64,000 nt of DNA from an uncultured delta proteobacterium (GTDB taxonomy: Bacteria > Desulfobacterota > Binatia > Binatales > Binataceae). A program made the position numbers and the translations under genes. Under the pieces are notes generated by a model, which made no database searches, was not told the DNA's origin, and saw only the letters and a program-made list of their open reading frames with translations. Of the stretch, positions 30,651 to 42,160 are shown piece after piece. The stretch covers positions 32,001 through 96,000 of the forward strand of contig CAWCDG010000003.1 of the NCBI GenBank assembly GCA_963794325.1. The letters run 5' to 3'. Positions within the stretch are counted from its first letter, which is position 1. The number at the start of each line of letters is the position of its first letter.

Positions 30651-31010
30651 TCACCGAATTGGGCCGTGAAATGCGTATGCCGGGTGGAATCCGCCGGCCG
30701 GGATGCCCATCGAGTCGGGCGGTATCAAGGTCGGGCTGTCCGGGGACTCCGGCGGATGCCCAAACGGCTCGATTAGCCCGACGGGCGGCGGCGGCACATA
30801 CATCGATCCTGGTTCACTGTCTTCAGGTTGCGAGGGCGCCGGCGCCAAAACCGGGCCGTCCGCCCACGGCTCCTCGAATGAAGGATCGTAGGCGTCCCCA
30901 TCCGAGGAAGCTTGCGCCGCGGAACCGCCGTAGGTCTGCGCAAAGACCGGTTGAATAAACAGGAGCACCGAGGCTCCGACAATTGTCGCCGCTAATTTTG
31001 TGATTTTCAT
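30651..31010 (-). CDS. Secreted Pro-rich hypothetical protein
   Basis: Signal peptide MKITKLAATIVGASVLLFIQPVFA. Confidence 0.6.
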   Translation of the reverse strand: MKITKLAATIVGASVLLFIQPVFAQTYGGSAAQASSDGDAYDPSFEEPWADGPVLAPAPSQPEDSEPGSMYVPPPPVGLIEPFGHPPESPDSPTLIPPDSMGIPAGGFHPAYAFHGPIR

Positions 31011-31201
31011 TTTCTTATACCTCAAGTCGGTTCGCTGGCCGCGTGGTTCGTTCGGAATTGCGGGCTAGCGTGAACCTTCATTAATCGAGGCGTGAGAAAC
31101 GCCCGCACGACGGGGATCACTGGCGTGGGGGTTGGCTCGAATTGACCTGGAGAGTCATTTCGCATCAGACTGCATCGTTCGCCGACGAGGACTGACGCGG
31201 A

Positions 31202-31855
31202 ATGATCTCCGGTTACGACATCGCCAATGCCTTTCTTCTCGTTTATGCGGGACTGTTCCCGATCATAAACCCAATCGGCGGCGCGCCGATTTTCCTCGGC
31301 CTGACCCGGCACTGTACCGACGAGGAGCGCAACGCGCTCGCACTCGGCGTTACGCTCAACAGCTTCTTCCTGCTGCTCGGCTCATTGCTCGTCGGCTCGT
31401 ATGTGTTCGAGTTCTTCGGTATCACCTTGCCGATCGTGCGGGTCGCCGGCGGACTCGTCGTGGCGGCAACCGGATGGAGCCTGCTCCAGGCGAGAGACGA
31501 GTTTGCCGACGACCGAACCGCCCATGAGCCGAAGATTCCAACCGACGCGTTTTATCCGCTCACCATGCCGATCACGGTTGGCCCCGGTTCGATCGCGGTC
31601 GCGATCACGATCGGCAGCCAGCGTCCGCGCGTGCCATTGCCCGAACTCGCGATCCTCGGCGCCGCTGCCTTCGCCGGTATCGTCGCGATCGCGGCCTCCA
31701 TATATGTCTGTTATCGATTTGCCGAACAGACCGTCGGAGCACTGGGCGAGTCGGGGACCAATGTGGTGGTGCGACTATCGGCCTTCATCCTGTTCTGCAT
31801 CGGCATCGAAATTATCTGGAACGGCTACAGCGCCCTCGCGCATATCGCTGGCTAA
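31202..31855 (+). CDS. MarC/NAAT family membrane protein
   Basis: IINPIG, FGITLP..RVAGG, PLTMPITVGPGSI. Confidence 0.9.
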   Translation: MISGYDIANAFLLVYAGLFPIINPIGGAPIFLGLTRHCTDEERNALALGVTLNSFFLLLGSLLVGSYVFEFFGITLPIVRVAGGLVVAATGWSLLQARDEFADDRTAHEPKIPTDAFYPLTMPITVGPGSIAVAITIGSQRPRVPLPELAILGAAAFAGIVAIAASIYVCYRFAEQTVGALGESGTNVVVRLSAFILFCIGIEIIWNGYSALAHIAG

Positions 31856-31899
31856 TCGCTAGATTAGAGTCGTTCGAACTGCTCCTGGAGAAAACGTAA

Positions 31900-33294
31900 A
31901 TGTCACTTCACAGAAAACATGACTCCGGCCGCAAAGCGTCGGACGTCATCTATGCTTCAAGCGATCTTTCCCTGTCGGTTCCCAAGCATCGAATCCCCCG
32001 CGACGAGCGCTCGCCGCGCACCGCTTACGCACTCATTCACGACGAGCTGCTGCTCGACGGCAACTCGCGACAGAATCTCGCGACCTTCTGCACCACCTGG
32101 ATGGAACCCGAAGCGCTCACCCTGATGAATGAGTGCATCGACAAGAACATGATCGACAAGGACGAGTATCCGCAGACCGCCGAGATCGAGGCGCGATGCG
32201 TTCATATCCTGGCCGATCTCTGGAATTCGCCCGACGGCTTGAACACCATCGGATGTTCCACCACCGGCTCCAGCGAAGCGGCGATGCTCGGCGGTCTCGC
32301 GGCGAAATGGCGCTGGAGAGCCAAACGAAAAGCCCAGGGCAAATCCACTGACAAGCCGAATCTGGTTTGCGGGCCGGTGCAAGTATGCTGGCACAAATTC
32401 GGCCAGTACTTCGATGTCGAAGTCCGCGAAGTTCCAGTCGAAGGCGACCGTTTACTGATGGGACCTGAGCAGGCAGTCGCGCGATGCGACGAAAATACGA
32501 TCATGGTCGTCCCGACGCTTGGCGTAACCACCTGCTGCCAGTACGAACCGGTTCAGGCTATCGCTCAAGCGCTCGATAATCTCGAGAAGACTAAGGGACT
32601 CGACATTCCAATTCACGTCGATGCGGCTAGCGGCGGTTTCCTCGCGCCGTTTTGCGATCCCGACCTCGTCTGGGATTTCCGGCTACCGAGGGTCAAATCG
32701 ATAAACACCTCGGGGCACAAGTTCGGCCTGGCTCCGCTCGGTGTCGGCTGGGTGGTATGGCGCGATCACGCGGACCTGCCCGAAGATTTGATTTTCCACG
32801 TCAACTACCTGGGCGGCGACATGCCGACCTTCGCACTGAACTTCTCGCGGCCGGCCGGCCAGATAGTTTGCCAGTACTACAATTTCCTGCGCCTGGGTTT
32901 CGAAGGCTACCGCAATATCCAGAACGCCTGTTACCACACCGCGCAACATATCGCGGCTGAGATCGGCAAAATGGGCCCGTTCCGCGTCATCCATGACGGA
33001 CGCGGCGGACTTCCCGCAGTCTGCTGGATGCTCAAAGAGGGCGCCAGCCCCGGCTTCACACTTTACGATCTTTCCGATCGGCTCCGCGCCCGCGGATGGC
33101 AGGTGCCCGCCTACTCGATGCCTCCGAACCGCACCGATCTCGTCGTCCAGCGAATCCTCGTGCGCCACGGCGTGAGCCGCGACCTCGGCGACCTGCTGCT
33201 GGAGGACATCCGCCGCTCGATCGCGCTGCTCGAAAAGCATCCCATCTCACACCCGCTAACCGAAAACGAAGCCGGCGGCTACAATCACAACTAG
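31900..33294 (+). CDS. gadB: Glutamate decarboxylase
   Basis: [30 protein letters not shown] (PLP lysine). Confidence 0.95.
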   Translation: MSLHRKHDSGRKASDVIYASSDLSLSVPKHRIPRDERSPRTAYALIHDELLLDGNSRQNLATFCTTWMEPEALTLMNECIDKNMIDKDEYPQTAEIEARCVHILADLWNSPDGLNTIGCSTTGSSEAAMLGGLAAKWRWRAKRKAQGKSTDKPNLVCGPVQVCWHKFGQYFDVEVREVPVEGDRLLMGPEQAVARCDENTIMVVPTLGVTTCCQYEPVQAIAQALDNLEKTKGLDIPIHVDAASGGFLAPFCDPDLVWDFRLPRVKSINTSGHKFGLAPLGVGWVVWRDHADLPEDLIFHVNYLGGDMPTFALNFSRPAGQIVCQYYNFLRLGFEGYRNIQNACYHTAQHIAAEIGKMGPFRVIHDGRGGLPAVCWMLKEGASPGFTLYDLSDRLRARGWQVPAYSMPPNRTDLVVQRILVRHGVSRDLGDLLLEDIRRSIALLEKHPISHPLTENEAGGYNHN

Positions 33295-33309
33295 TGTCGG
33301 AATTTCTGA

Positions 33310-33415
33310 TCTGTTCCCCCTTTTCACCTTGGAAAGGGGGTGAGGGGGATAGGACGTGGCTGAATAGTTAGCTCAAATCCCCTTCCCTTTTATTGGAAGG
33401 GGCCAGGGGTTGGGG
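33310..33415. repeat. Composite REP-like palindromic repeat (module A variants)
   Basis: Two CCCC(T)n..GGAA(A)GGGG hairpins with G-rich tails; 33310-33387 is similar to 39334-39410. Confidence 0.75.
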
Positions 33416-33484
33416 CTCTGTTCTTAGTAGGATATTTGCGGGACATAGCAACTAGGAATTCGAGTCCGACTTAGCGGGGGAGCG

Positions 33485-36400
33485 ATGCGCTGCGAGAAGT
33501 GTGGAACGGACAATCCGGCGGGCAAGCGGTTTTGTGGAGACTGCGGCGCCGCGCTTGCAAACCGATGCGCCCGATGCGGCGCGGACAATCCGGTCGAGAA
33601 GAAGTTCTGCGGAGATTGCGGCGCCGCACTGGCAGCCGCCGCTCGTCCATCGACAGCCCAAATATCGGGTGCTGCGCCGATTCGCGTAGCCTCCGACGCG
33701 CCGGGTGAAGACCTCGCCGACGGCGAGCGCAAGACTGTCACCGCGCTGTTTGCCGACATCAAGGGCTCGACCGAGATGATGGAAGATCTCGACCCCGAGC
33801 AAGCGCGCAGCGTTATCGATCCCGCTCTGAAGCTGATGATGGATGCGGTCCATCGCTTCGACGGTTACGTCGTGCAATCGACCGGTGACGGCATCTTCGC
33901 CCTGCTTGGCGCGCCCATCGCGCACGAGGATCATCCGCAGCGCGCACTTTACGCCGCGCTCCGGATGCAGGAGGAGTTGCGCCGCTATTCGGCAGGCGTG
34001 GTCGCCGACGGCGGTACACCAATCCAGTGCCGCATCGGCATCAACACTGGCGAAGTCGTAGTCCGTTCGATTCAGACCGGCGCGGGTCACGTCGAGTACA
34101 CGCCCATCGGACATACCACCAACCTCGCGTCACGGATGCAGACCGCGGCGCCGGTCGGTTCGATCGCGGTGACCGAAACGACCCGCAAGCTGTGCGAAGG
34201 CTACTTCGTGCTCAAGCCGCTCGGCCCGACGCGGGTCAAAGGCGTTACCGAGCCGGTCAACGTTTACGAAGTCACTGGTCTGGGGCCGCTGCGCACGAGA
34301 TTGCAACGCTCGGCGGGTCGCGGGCTGACGAAGTTCGTCGGACGCGATCGCGAGATGGAAGCGATGCGCAACGCAGCCGAGCTCGCGCGCGCAGGACGCG
34401 GACAGATCATTGCGGCTATGGCGGAAGCGGGCACCGGCAAGTCGCGGCTATTCTTCGAATTCAAGGCCAAGAACCAATCAGGTTGGACGGTGCTGGAGAC
34501 GTTTTCGGTCTCCCACGGGAAAGCGTCGGCGTATTTCCCGGTCATCGACCTATTGCACTCATATTTCAAGATCACCGGCGAGGACGACCAGCGCGCGCGC
34601 CGCGTGAAGGTCAACGGCACCGTCGTAACGCTCGACCGTTCGCTGGAAGACACGCTGCCGTACCTGTTCGCGCTGCTGGGAATCGCCGAGGGCGCCGATC
34701 CGCTGACAGATATGGATGCGACGATGCGCAAGCGGCGCACGCTCGATGCGATCAAACGGATTCTCCTGCGCGAATCGCTTAATCAGCCGCTGATGGTCAT
34801 CTTCGAGGACCTCCATTGGATCGACGACGAGACGCAGGCGCTGCTGAATCTGCTCGCCGACTCGATCGGCACGGCGAAAATCCTGCTGCTGGTCAACTAC
34901 CGTCCCGAATACTCACATCAGTGGAATAGCAAGACTTACTATACTCAGTTACGGCTCGATTCTCTTGGCAAGGAAAGCGCGGACGAGATGCTGTCGGCGC
35001 TGCTGGGCGATGGTACCGGACTCACACCACTCAAGCGGCTGATTGTCGAACGCACCGAGGGCAACCCGTTCTTCATGGAGGAGACCGTGCAGGTGCTGCT
35101 CGACGAGGGCGCTCTGCTGCGCGACGGCTCTACGACCAGGCTCACGCGCCCGCTCGGAGAGCTCAAGATTCCGCCGACCGTGCAGGCAATCCTGGCCGCA
35201 CGAATCGATCGACTGCCCGCCGACGAGAAGGATCTGCTGCAAACACTGGCCGTGATTGGCAAGGAGTTCCCGCTGAGTCTTGTGCGTGCCACCAGCGGAC
35301 GCGGCGGCGACGATCTGAACCGGATGCTCAACGATCTGCAGCTCGGCGAGTTCATCTACGAGCAGCCGGCCATGGGCGACGTCGAGTACACGTTCAAGCA
35401 TGCGCTGACGCAGGAAGTCGCGTACAACTCGGTGCTGACAGAACGGCGCCGAGCCCTCCACGAACGCGCCGGCGGGGCGATCGAGGCCTTTTACGCAGGC
35501 CATCTCGACGATCACTTGTCGGAGCTGGCGCATCACTTCGCTCGCAGCGCCAATGCTGACAAGGCGCTGCGCTATCTGACGTTGGCGGGCAGGCAATCGC
35601 TGGATCGGTTTGCCTATGCCGAGTCGGAAGCTCAGTTGAAGAGAGGCCTCGAGTTTCTTCGAACCCTGCCCGAGGCCGAGCGCGCCAGGCGCGAGCTGGA
35701 TCTGGTTGTCCCGCTGGTCCAGACGCTATGGCGCGGCAAGGGTGTCGATTCTCAAGAGACCCGCGAGATGGCCGCCCGCGCCGCCGCCCTTGCTGAGAAG
35801 ACCGGCAACCTCGCTGAGCTCATCCAACAGCTCAATCTGATCAGGATCCCGATCATGCGCACCGGCGACTACGCCAACTCAGAGGCAATTGCCGATCGCA
35901 TGCTCGAGCTCGCTCAACGCGAGGGCAGCGCCGCCAGCTTCGCGGCCGCTTATCATGGCAAAGTCCAGGCAGAATATTACAAGGGTGACCTGGCAGGCGC
36001 CGAAGCAGCGTTCGCTCATTGGCGTAACTACCAGCACGCGTCCGACCTCGCGGCCTCAACCATTGTCATGACATTCGCCAGCTGGTGCGCTTGTCAGATG
36101 GGCCGCATCGAGTTGGCCCGTGAACGTATCGGCGAGGCGGTAGCGTCAGCTCGCGATACCAAGGACCCCTTTACCCTGATCGTCGCCGGCCAGATGGAGT
36201 CCTCGTTCCACCGGCATCTCAAGGACCCGAAGCGCGTCGATGCCGTGGCTACAGCAGCGTTGGCGTTCGCCGGAGACCTTAGTCCGGTTGGACGAGGCCT
36301 TCTTGCTTTAAAGGGCTGGGCCCTCGCACACCTTGGCAACCCCGGCGAAGGTGTTTCACTGATTCGTCAGGGGCTGGCAGAGCTGGGAGTGAGGGGAGGC

Positions 36401-36802
36401 GGTGTGATCTTCGATTGCTATCTCTGTCTGGCTGAGGCTCAGTCCCTGGAAGGCAACCTCGATGACGCCTTGGTGACGATCGAAGAAACGCTCCAGCTAA
36501 ATCCTCAGGAAGTAGTAATGAGGCCCGAGTTGCTTCGGGTGCGTGGCGAACTCAATCAGAAGCTTGGTCATCTCGATGAGGCGGAGTCGGACCTACGCGA
36601 GGCGATCTCGCGTTTGCAGAAGATGGGCGCGAAACTGTGGGAACTTCGCGCGACCACCAGCCTCGCGAGGCTGCTGCGCGATCGCAATCGTCGCGACGAG
36701 GCTCGCATGATGCTCGCCGACATCTACAACTGGTTCACCGAAGGCTTCGACACCGCCGACCTCAAGGACGCCAAGGCTCTGCTCGCCGAATTGAGCGGCT
36801 AA
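33485..36802 (+). CDS. Double zinc-ribbon class III adenylate/guanylate cyclase with AAA and TPR
   Basis: CxxCG..FCxxCG twice, [35 protein letters not shown]. Confidence 0.92.
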   Translation: MRCEKCGTDNPAGKRFCGDCGAALANRCARCGADNPVEKKFCGDCGAALAAAARPSTAQISGAAPIRVASDAPGEDLADGERKTVTALFADIKGSTEMMEDLDPEQARSVIDPALKLMMDAVHRFDGYVVQSTGDGIFALLGAPIAHEDHPQRALYAALRMQEELRRYSAGVVADGGTPIQCRIGINTGEVVVRSIQTGAGHVEYTPIGHTTNLASRMQTAAPVGSIAVTETTRKLCEGYFVLKPLGPTRVKGVTEPVNVYEVTGLGPLRTRLQRSAGRGLTKFVGRDREMEAMRNAAELARAGRGQIIAAMAEAGTGKSRLFFEFKAKNQSGWTVLETFSVSHGKASAYFPVIDLLHSYFKITGEDDQRARRVKVNGTVVTLDRSLEDTLPYLFALLGIAEGADPLTDMDATMRKRRTLDAIKRILLRESLNQPLMVIFEDLHWIDDETQALLNLLADSIGTAKILLLVNYRPEYSHQWNSKTYYTQLRLDSLGKESADEMLSALLGDGTGLTPLKRLIVERTEGNPFFMEETVQVLLDEGALLRDGSTTRLTRPLGELKIPPTVQAILAARIDRLPADEKDLLQTLAVIGKEFPLSLVRATSGRGGDDLNRMLNDLQLGEFIYEQPAMGDVEYTFKHALTQEVAYNSVLTERRRALHERAGGAIEAFYAGHLDDHLSELAHHFARSANADKALRYLTLAGRQSLDRFAYAESEAQLKRGLEFLRTLPEAERARRELDLVVPLVQTLWRGKGVDSQETREMAARAAALAEKTGNLAELIQQLNLIRIPIMRTGDYANSEAIADRMLELAQREGSAASFAAAYHGKVQAEYYKGDLAGAEAAFAHWRNYQHASDLAASTIVMTFASWCACQMGRIELARERIGEAVASARDTKDPFTLIVAGQMESSFHRHLKDPKRVDAVATAALAFAGDLSPVGRGLLALKGWALAHLGNPGEGVSLIRQGLAELGVRGGGVIFDCYLCLAEAQSLEGNLDDALVTIEETLQLNPQEVVMRPELLRVRGELNQKLGHLDEAESDLREAISRLQKMGAKLWELRATTSLARLLRDRNRRDEARMMLADIYNWFTEGFDTADLKDAKALLAELSG

Positions 36803-36916
36803 CTCCCGAGCAGCAGGATCTCGCCACCTATCTGCTCGAAATGGGCGTTGACAACCTGTATCGGGGCGGGGGACTGTTGAGGCTCTCTCAATTTGTGCTC
36901 GGGGGGTTCAACAAAA

Positions 36917-37759
36917 ATGGTTTCGACTGGTTGCGTCTATCGGGCGGCGATAGCGTCGTCGCTTGCGGTTCTGCTGGCGTTCGGCCTTGCTGGATGCGCC
37001 ACGACGTGGAGTCCGATTCCGATCACTCCGAGGGTTGCGCTCACCCCGACCAAGGGCGACGTCACGATGCAGGCGCGGCCCGGAGCGCCGATCGGACAAA
37101 TAGTTCCCGTGGATGTCTCGATCGCAAACGGAACCGACGAGCCCTATCTGGTTCAACCCGATCAGGTTTTCGCTATCAACCAACAAGGTCAAAGGATCAT
37201 GCCGGTGCCGGCCAACGAAGCAATTCAGGAAGCAGGCAACGCGAACGCATTAAAAGCGGGACTGACCGGCGCCGCCAAGAATGCGGTGATCGGTGGGCTA
37301 GTGGGGGCGGCGACCGGTGCCGCTATCGGCGCCGCAGTAGGTTCGATAGTGCTTGCGCCGGCGCAAGGCGCTCTGGTCGGCGCTGCGATCGGCGGTAGCG
37401 TCGGAGCCGCTGGAGGCGGTGTGTACGGTGGAGCGCAAGGTCAGGCCGCGGCTCATCACGACGCCGACACTCAAATTTCATCGCTGTCCTTGCAGACTCG
37501 CGAGGCCCATCCGAATTATTCGATCAACGGCTACGTGTTTTTCCCCAAGGGCGAGTACACCTCGATTCAGATGACCGTCCTCAACGAGGAGACTCATCAG
37601 ACTGATACGCGTACCACTTCATGGGACGGCGGCGAGATCGCAACCGGCGGCATCGGCGCAATTCCGATGAGCAACTCGCCTGCGGCTGCCAGCCCAAGCG
37701 TCGTGCAACCGCCTGCCGCGCAGCAATTTCAGCAGCAGCGACAGAATCAAACCGAATAG
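36917..37759 (+). CDS. Lipoprotein with glycine zipper
   Basis: LAGC lipobox; GxxxG repeats. Confidence 0.75.
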   Translation: MVSTGCVYRAAIASSLAVLLAFGLAGCATTWSPIPITPRVALTPTKGDVTMQARPGAPIGQIVPVDVSIANGTDEPYLVQPDQVFAINQQGQRIMPVPANEAIQEAGNANALKAGLTGAAKNAVIGGLVGAATGAAIGAAVGSIVLAPAQGALVGAAIGGSVGAAGGGVYGGAQGQAAAHHDADTQISSLSLQTREAHPNYSINGYVFFPKGEYTSIQMTVLNEETHQTDTRTTSWDGGEIATGGIGAIPMSNSPAAASPSVVQPPAAQQFQQQRQNQTE

Positions 37760-37777
37760 TCCGTAGCTGAAATAAGA

Positions 37778-37807
37778 AGGCCGCAGCCCCCGACGGGACT
37801 GCGGCCT
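37778..37807. terminator. Hairpin between convergent genes
   Basis: AGGCCGCAG / CTGCGGCCT stem. Confidence 0.6.
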
Positions 37808-37834
37808 CCGGTTCAACCGATCTCTAGTATCGAC

Positions 37835-38314
37835 TTACTGTTGGGGCACCAGTTCGACGCGCCGGTTCTGCGCGCGACCCTCCTCGGTCTTGTTGGTGGC
37901 GACGAAGTTCGTACTGCCGTAACCGAGCACTCTCAGCTGCAGCACGTTGATTCCGCCATTCAACAGGTAATTGGTCACCGCATTCGCGCGATACTCGGAC
38001 AGCTTCTGATTAGAATCCGCGTCGCCGATGGAGTCACAGTAGCCGTTCACGTAGATGACGACGTGCGGGTTCGCCTTCAGAATCGTGATGGCTTCATCAA
38101 GAACGGCCGCATCACCCGTGCGGATTTGGTACTTTCCGAAATCGAAATGCACTCCGCGTAGCACGATCTTCTGTTGGACCGCCGGCGGCGGCGGAGCTGC
38201 TGGCGGCGGCGGAGGCGGAGGTGCCGTCGGCGCAGGCGTCGATGACGAGCACGACGAGACGGTCAAAAGGACAACAGTCGCAAACAATCCCACCCAATTT
38301 TTCCACTTATGCAC
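37835..38314 (-). CDS. OmpA-family lipoprotein
   Basis: Lipobox, Pro linker, VHFDFGK, NQKLSEYRA, NRRVEL. Confidence 0.9.
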   Translation of the reverse strand: MHKWKNWVGLFATVVLLTVSSCSSSTPAPTAPPPPPPPAAPPPPAVQQKIVLRGVHFDFGKYQIRTGDAAVLDEAITILKANPHVVIYVNGYCDSIGDADSNQKLSEYRANAVTNYLLNGGINVLQLRVLGYGSTNFVATNKTEEGRAQNRRVELVPQQ

Positions 38315-38510
38315 GAAATCCCTCCCTGAGATTCAAGCAGTTCTGGAACAAAGCATCGCGAATTGTGCCATTTATGTAGAGCAAGGTCTAATCAATGGAC
38401 GAGGCTGTCTCATAAACGCGCGATTCGTACACCAACCTCCACATGCCGCGATAGGAAGGTGATGCACCTTCCCGGCAATGTCGATCGGGCTTTAGCTATG
38501 CGACTGCTTG

Positions 38511-39182
38511 CTACGAAGAAGGAGAAAGACAGGGCAGGGTGCGCGCTACCGTGTATTGATAGACTCGCCCGCCCCAGGAGAACGTGTCCAGGCCGCTTCC
38601 AGTCTCGGACTTCAGTTCCGCGACCTGGTAGGGATCGTTCGGGTCCATCACGATTGGAGCATACGCGAGATAGCAGGTCCCGACGTCGGGAATTGAGTTG
38701 CTCAGCGGCGGCTGGAAGTTCATCTTGAGAAAGTTCACCGCCGGTACCCAGCCGTCAGGGCCGGTCTCGCTGTCTACCGTCGGAGTCCAATGCGCTTCGT
38801 CCGTGGAGTTCTGCAGATGGAGTTCGCGATACTCGGGAGCGCCCGCGCTGTTCTTGCGCAACTCGACCAGCACCATATCCGGATGCGAGAGCGCCATCAT
38901 CTGGCATAGATTCGCAGCGGTCAGTTGCGGAGGCGGCTTGCTCGCCTCTTCGGTTGGCAGTTCGGCGTCCGGATCCTTGGCGTCAGCGTCGTCCTTCGTG
39001 CCGCCGGTGGCGGCCGTGTATGCCGCATGGGCCACGCTGATTACCGACGGTATTGCGCCCAGCAATGGCAGCATGCATCCTGCGCTGCCGAACGCGATCG
39101 CCGCGACTATCGCGACAAGAATCCCCGGCCCGCCGGCCTGCGGCATCGATCGCAGAAATGACTTCCGGTTGCTCCCCACCAA
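38511..39182 (-). CDS. Hypothetical lipoprotein
   Basis: Hydrophobic stretch ending in SAGC; start uncertain. Confidence 0.6.
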   Translation of the reverse strand: MVGSNRKSFLRSMPQAGGPGILVAIVAAIAFGSAGCMLPLLGAIPSVISVAHAAYTAATGGTKDDADAKDPDAELPTEEASKPPPQLTAANLCQMMALSHPDMVLVELRKNSAGAPEYRELHLQNSTDEAHWTPTVDSETGPDGWVPAVNFLKMNFQPPLSNSIPDVGTCYLAYAPIVMDPNDPYQVAELKSETGSGLDTFSWGGRVYQYTVARTLPCLSPSS

Positions 39183-39333
39183 TTCTCCCCCAACCAGACT
39201 CTATCTTTCGCTGCGGAGAGTTTAGCAGCTGGCAAGGAACGATACTAACTGTAGGACTATCCGCAATTCTCACTTTCGGAAGTCCCGGGTCCGGCGGGAA
39301 CAAGAGCCTTAATTGCCGTCTGCAGACCTCCCT

Positions 39334-39525
39334 TCTGTTCCCCCCTTTCCGCGGGAAAGGGGATGAGGGGGATAGGACAACGCGGAATCGTCAACTCAAA
39401 TCCCCTTCCCATCCTCCCCCGACCCTGAGAGCGAAAGGTTGTCCTCAACATTTCGCGCTTCTCACTGGGTGCAGGGGTCACCTCCCGCGACGGTGTCGAT
39501 GCCGCCCGCCGCGCAGGCGATTAAC
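39334..39525. repeat. Composite repeat: module A plus structured module C
   Basis: 39409-39525 matches 45948-46074. Confidence 0.8.
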
Positions 39526-40438
39526 GTAGAGCCCACGCTTTGATCAGATGATGCGCAATCGCGACCGGCGGCGGCACCCGGAGACCGTCCACCTGCTTTC
39601 CCTCGATCAACTCGCGCGCGACGCGCCGCTCGATCCACCGCACTTCCGCGAGTTCGTTCTCATCGACCTTGGCGTCGCGGCTTTCCGCCTTCGCGAAGCA
39701 TCCAATCATCAGCGACGACGGGAACGGCCACGGCTGCGTCGCATAGTAGGTGACCTCGCCGACTTTTACCGACGCTTCCTCCATCAGTTCGCGCCGCACT
39801 GCCTCCTCGATCGTCTCGCCGGGCTCGACAAAGCCCGCCAGCGCCGAGAACATCCCCGGCGGAAATTGCTTACCGCGTCCCACCAGGCACGCCTCACCGA
39901 ATGTCGCCAGCATGATCACCACCGGATCGACGCGCGGAAAATGCTCAGCCTTGCACTCACCGCACAACCGGCGATAACCCGCGTCCATGATTTTCGTCGC
40001 CGCACCGCATGCCGGGCAGAAGCCGTGCCGGCGATGCCAATCGATCATCGCCTTCGCCTGCGCGATGATCGCGGAATCCTGAATCGAGACGACTGATCCA
40101 GCGAAACGCGCATCGCGAAAATATCCGAGGCCCTTAAGCGGCCCGGCGTTCGCCGGATCGGCGAGCTCGGAAACGTCGAGTGCAAACAGCGCGCGCTGGC
40201 CATCGAGCCCCAAAAAAATGCAAACAGCTTCAGCACCCGCGATCGAATCGACAATTTCCGCTCGCACCAGCCCAAGCTCGATCGGAGGCGCCGACTTTTC
40301 GGACCCGAGCAGAAACGGCTCCAGCCGCCACATCGGAAGTATTAAGGAAGAAGGATCACGCCGCTTCGACTCGATCCATTTCGAATCGGTCCGCTTCTCG
40401 CTAGCGCGATCGAGAGGACTACCAGCAAAAGGAATCAT
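39521..40438 (-). CDS. nudC: NAD(+) diphosphatase NudC
   Basis: FCPACG zinc site, AGFVEPGETIEEAVRRELMEE Nudix box, QPWPFPSSLM. Confidence 0.93.
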   Translation of the reverse strand: MIPFAGSPLDRASEKRTDSKWIESKRRDPSSLILPMWRLEPFLLGSEKSAPPIELGLVRAEIVDSIAGAEAVCIFLGLDGQRALFALDVSELADPANAGPLKGLGYFRDARFAGSVVSIQDSAIIAQAKAMIDWHRRHGFCPACGAATKIMDAGYRRLCGECKAEHFPRVDPVVIMLATFGEACLVGRGKQFPPGMFSALAGFVEPGETIEEAVRRELMEEASVKVGEVTYYATQPWPFPSSLMIGCFAKAESRDAKVDENELAEVRWIERRVARELIEGKQVDGLRVPPPVAIAHHLIKAWALR

Positions 40439-40536
40439 CCAGCCTCCACAAAAACCAGCCCGTGAATGTGTCCCAATAGATTAGCCGGGCCTCCACGCTG
40501 GACGCCAATTGCGAGCGGCGGCTAGTATCGGCATTC

Positions 40537-42063
40537 GTGGGATCGCCGCTCAACGTATTGTTCATCACCGCCGATCAATGGCGCGGCGATTGTCTTTCAG
40601 CGCTCGACCATCCCTGCGTCCGCACGCCGAATCTCGACGCGCTCGCGGCTGACGGCGTGCTCTTCCGCCGTCACTTCGCCAATGCCGCGCCATGCGGTCC
40701 GAGTCGCGCGTCGCTGCACACCGGGATGTATCTGCAGAATCATCGCTCCGGCACCAACGGCACTCCGCTCGATGCGCGCCATACCAACTGGGCCAAGGAG
40801 AGTGCATCGCACGGCTACGATCCGGTGTTGTTCGGCTACACCGACACCAGCCAGGATCCGCGCGAGCTCGCGGCCGACGATCCATGGCTGAAGACTTACG
40901 GAGGTCCTCTGCCCGGCATCCGGCCGATCTGCCTGATCGGAGACGTCCCCAAGCCGTGGACCGATTGGCTCAAGACTCTCGGCTTCGAAGTGCCAGCGGA
41001 TATTAGCTTCGCCTACGGCAATCGCGATGCTGGTCCTGACTACGAAGACGGCGCGCCGAATCCCAAGCCACTCAAGTATCCGGCGGAGTTCGACGACACC
41101 GCGTTCCTGGTCGGCAAAACCATCGACTACATTAAGAGCGCAACCGGTCCTTTCATCGCGCACCTGTCGCTCCTGCGTCCGCATCCGCCGTTCGTCGCGC
41201 CCGAGCCTTACAACTCGATGTACGATCCTGCGAAGGTGCCCGGTTTCACGCGCCTGCCAACCGCGGGAGATGAAGCGCGCCAGCATCCATGGCTGGCGCA
41301 TCAGCTAAGTCGCCGAATCTACCGAGCCACTGACAACGAGAAGCGCCTTCGACGGCTGAAGGCCGTTTACTACGGCCTCATCAGCCGCGTCGATGCGGAG
41401 CTGGGGCGACTAATTCGTTTTCTCAAAGAGTCGGGGCGATGGGATTCGACGCTCATCATCTTTACCTCGGATCACGGCGAGCAGATGGGCGATCACTGGC
41501 TCATCGGCAAGGGCGGCTACTTCGACGGCTCGTACCACATCCCGCTAATCGTCCGCGATCCGCGTCCGCAAGCCGCCGCCGAGCGCGGCTCGGTAGTTTC
41601 GTCATTCACCGAGAACGTCGATATCATGCCCACGATGCTCGAAGCGATCGGCGCCGACATTCCAATACAATGCGACGGCGCATCACTCGCGCCGTTCATC
41701 GAAGGGGCGGGCCGTCCCGCCAAATGGCGCAGCGAAGCGCACTGGGAGTTCGATTTCCGCGATCCCGCCGACGACTCCGCCGAGCGCGCACTAGACCTCA
41801 CGATGCATCAATGCACGATGAACATCATCCGCGGCGATCGTTACAAATACGTCCATTTCACAAATCTGCCGCCGCTATTCTTCGACCTGCAGAAGGACCC
41901 AAACGAATTCAAGAACCTCGCAAGCGACGCTTCGTACGCGCCGCAAGTCCTCGAGTACACACAAAAACTCCTGTCATGGCGCATGAACCACGACGAGCAA
42001 ACCCTAACCCACATCACCCTAAGCGACACCGGCCCAATAACCCGCCGCGCCCCCCGCTATTGA
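40537..42063 (+). CDS. Phosphonate monoester hydrolase-like (alkaline phosphatase/sulfatase superfamily)
   Basis: ADQWR, CGPSRASLHTG, FGYTD, RPHPP, SDHGE; lies next to phnX. Confidence 0.8.
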   Translation: MGSPLNVLFITADQWRGDCLSALDHPCVRTPNLDALAADGVLFRRHFANAAPCGPSRASLHTGMYLQNHRSGTNGTPLDARHTNWAKESASHGYDPVLFGYTDTSQDPRELAADDPWLKTYGGPLPGIRPICLIGDVPKPWTDWLKTLGFEVPADISFAYGNRDAGPDYEDGAPNPKPLKYPAEFDDTAFLVGKTIDYIKSATGPFIAHLSLLRPHPPFVAPEPYNSMYDPAKVPGFTRLPTAGDEARQHPWLAHQLSRRIYRATDNEKRLRRLKAVYYGLISRVDAELGRLIRFLKESGRWDSTLIIFTSDHGEQMGDHWLIGKGGYFDGSYHIPLIVRDPRPQAAAERGSVVSSFTENVDIMPTMLEAIGADIPIQCDGASLAPFIEGAGRPAKWRSEAHWEFDFRDPADDSAERALDLTMHQCTMNIIRGDRYKYVHFTNLPPLFFDLQKDPNEFKNLASDASYAPQVLEYTQKLLSWRMNHDEQTLTHITLSDTGPITRRAPRY

Positions 42064-42073
42064 TTTTTCTGTC

Positions 42074-42159
42074 TCCTCTCCCTGTTAGGGAGAGGATGAA
42101 GGTGAGGGTCCGATTACAGCGCGCTATTTTGCGCGCGATTCAGGATTCTGCTTCTGTCC
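42074..42159. repeat. Repeat module B
   Basis: CCTCTCCC..GGGAGAGG plus GCGCGCGATTCA(G/A)GATTCTGCTTCTG; also at 56519-56603 and inverted at 62445-62528. Confidence 0.8.
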
Positions 42160-42160
42160 T

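Noticed and set aside
33485-36802. Cyclase-AAA-TPR as a novel defence system
   Set aside because: A well-known, commonly expanded architecture with no effector partner nearby.
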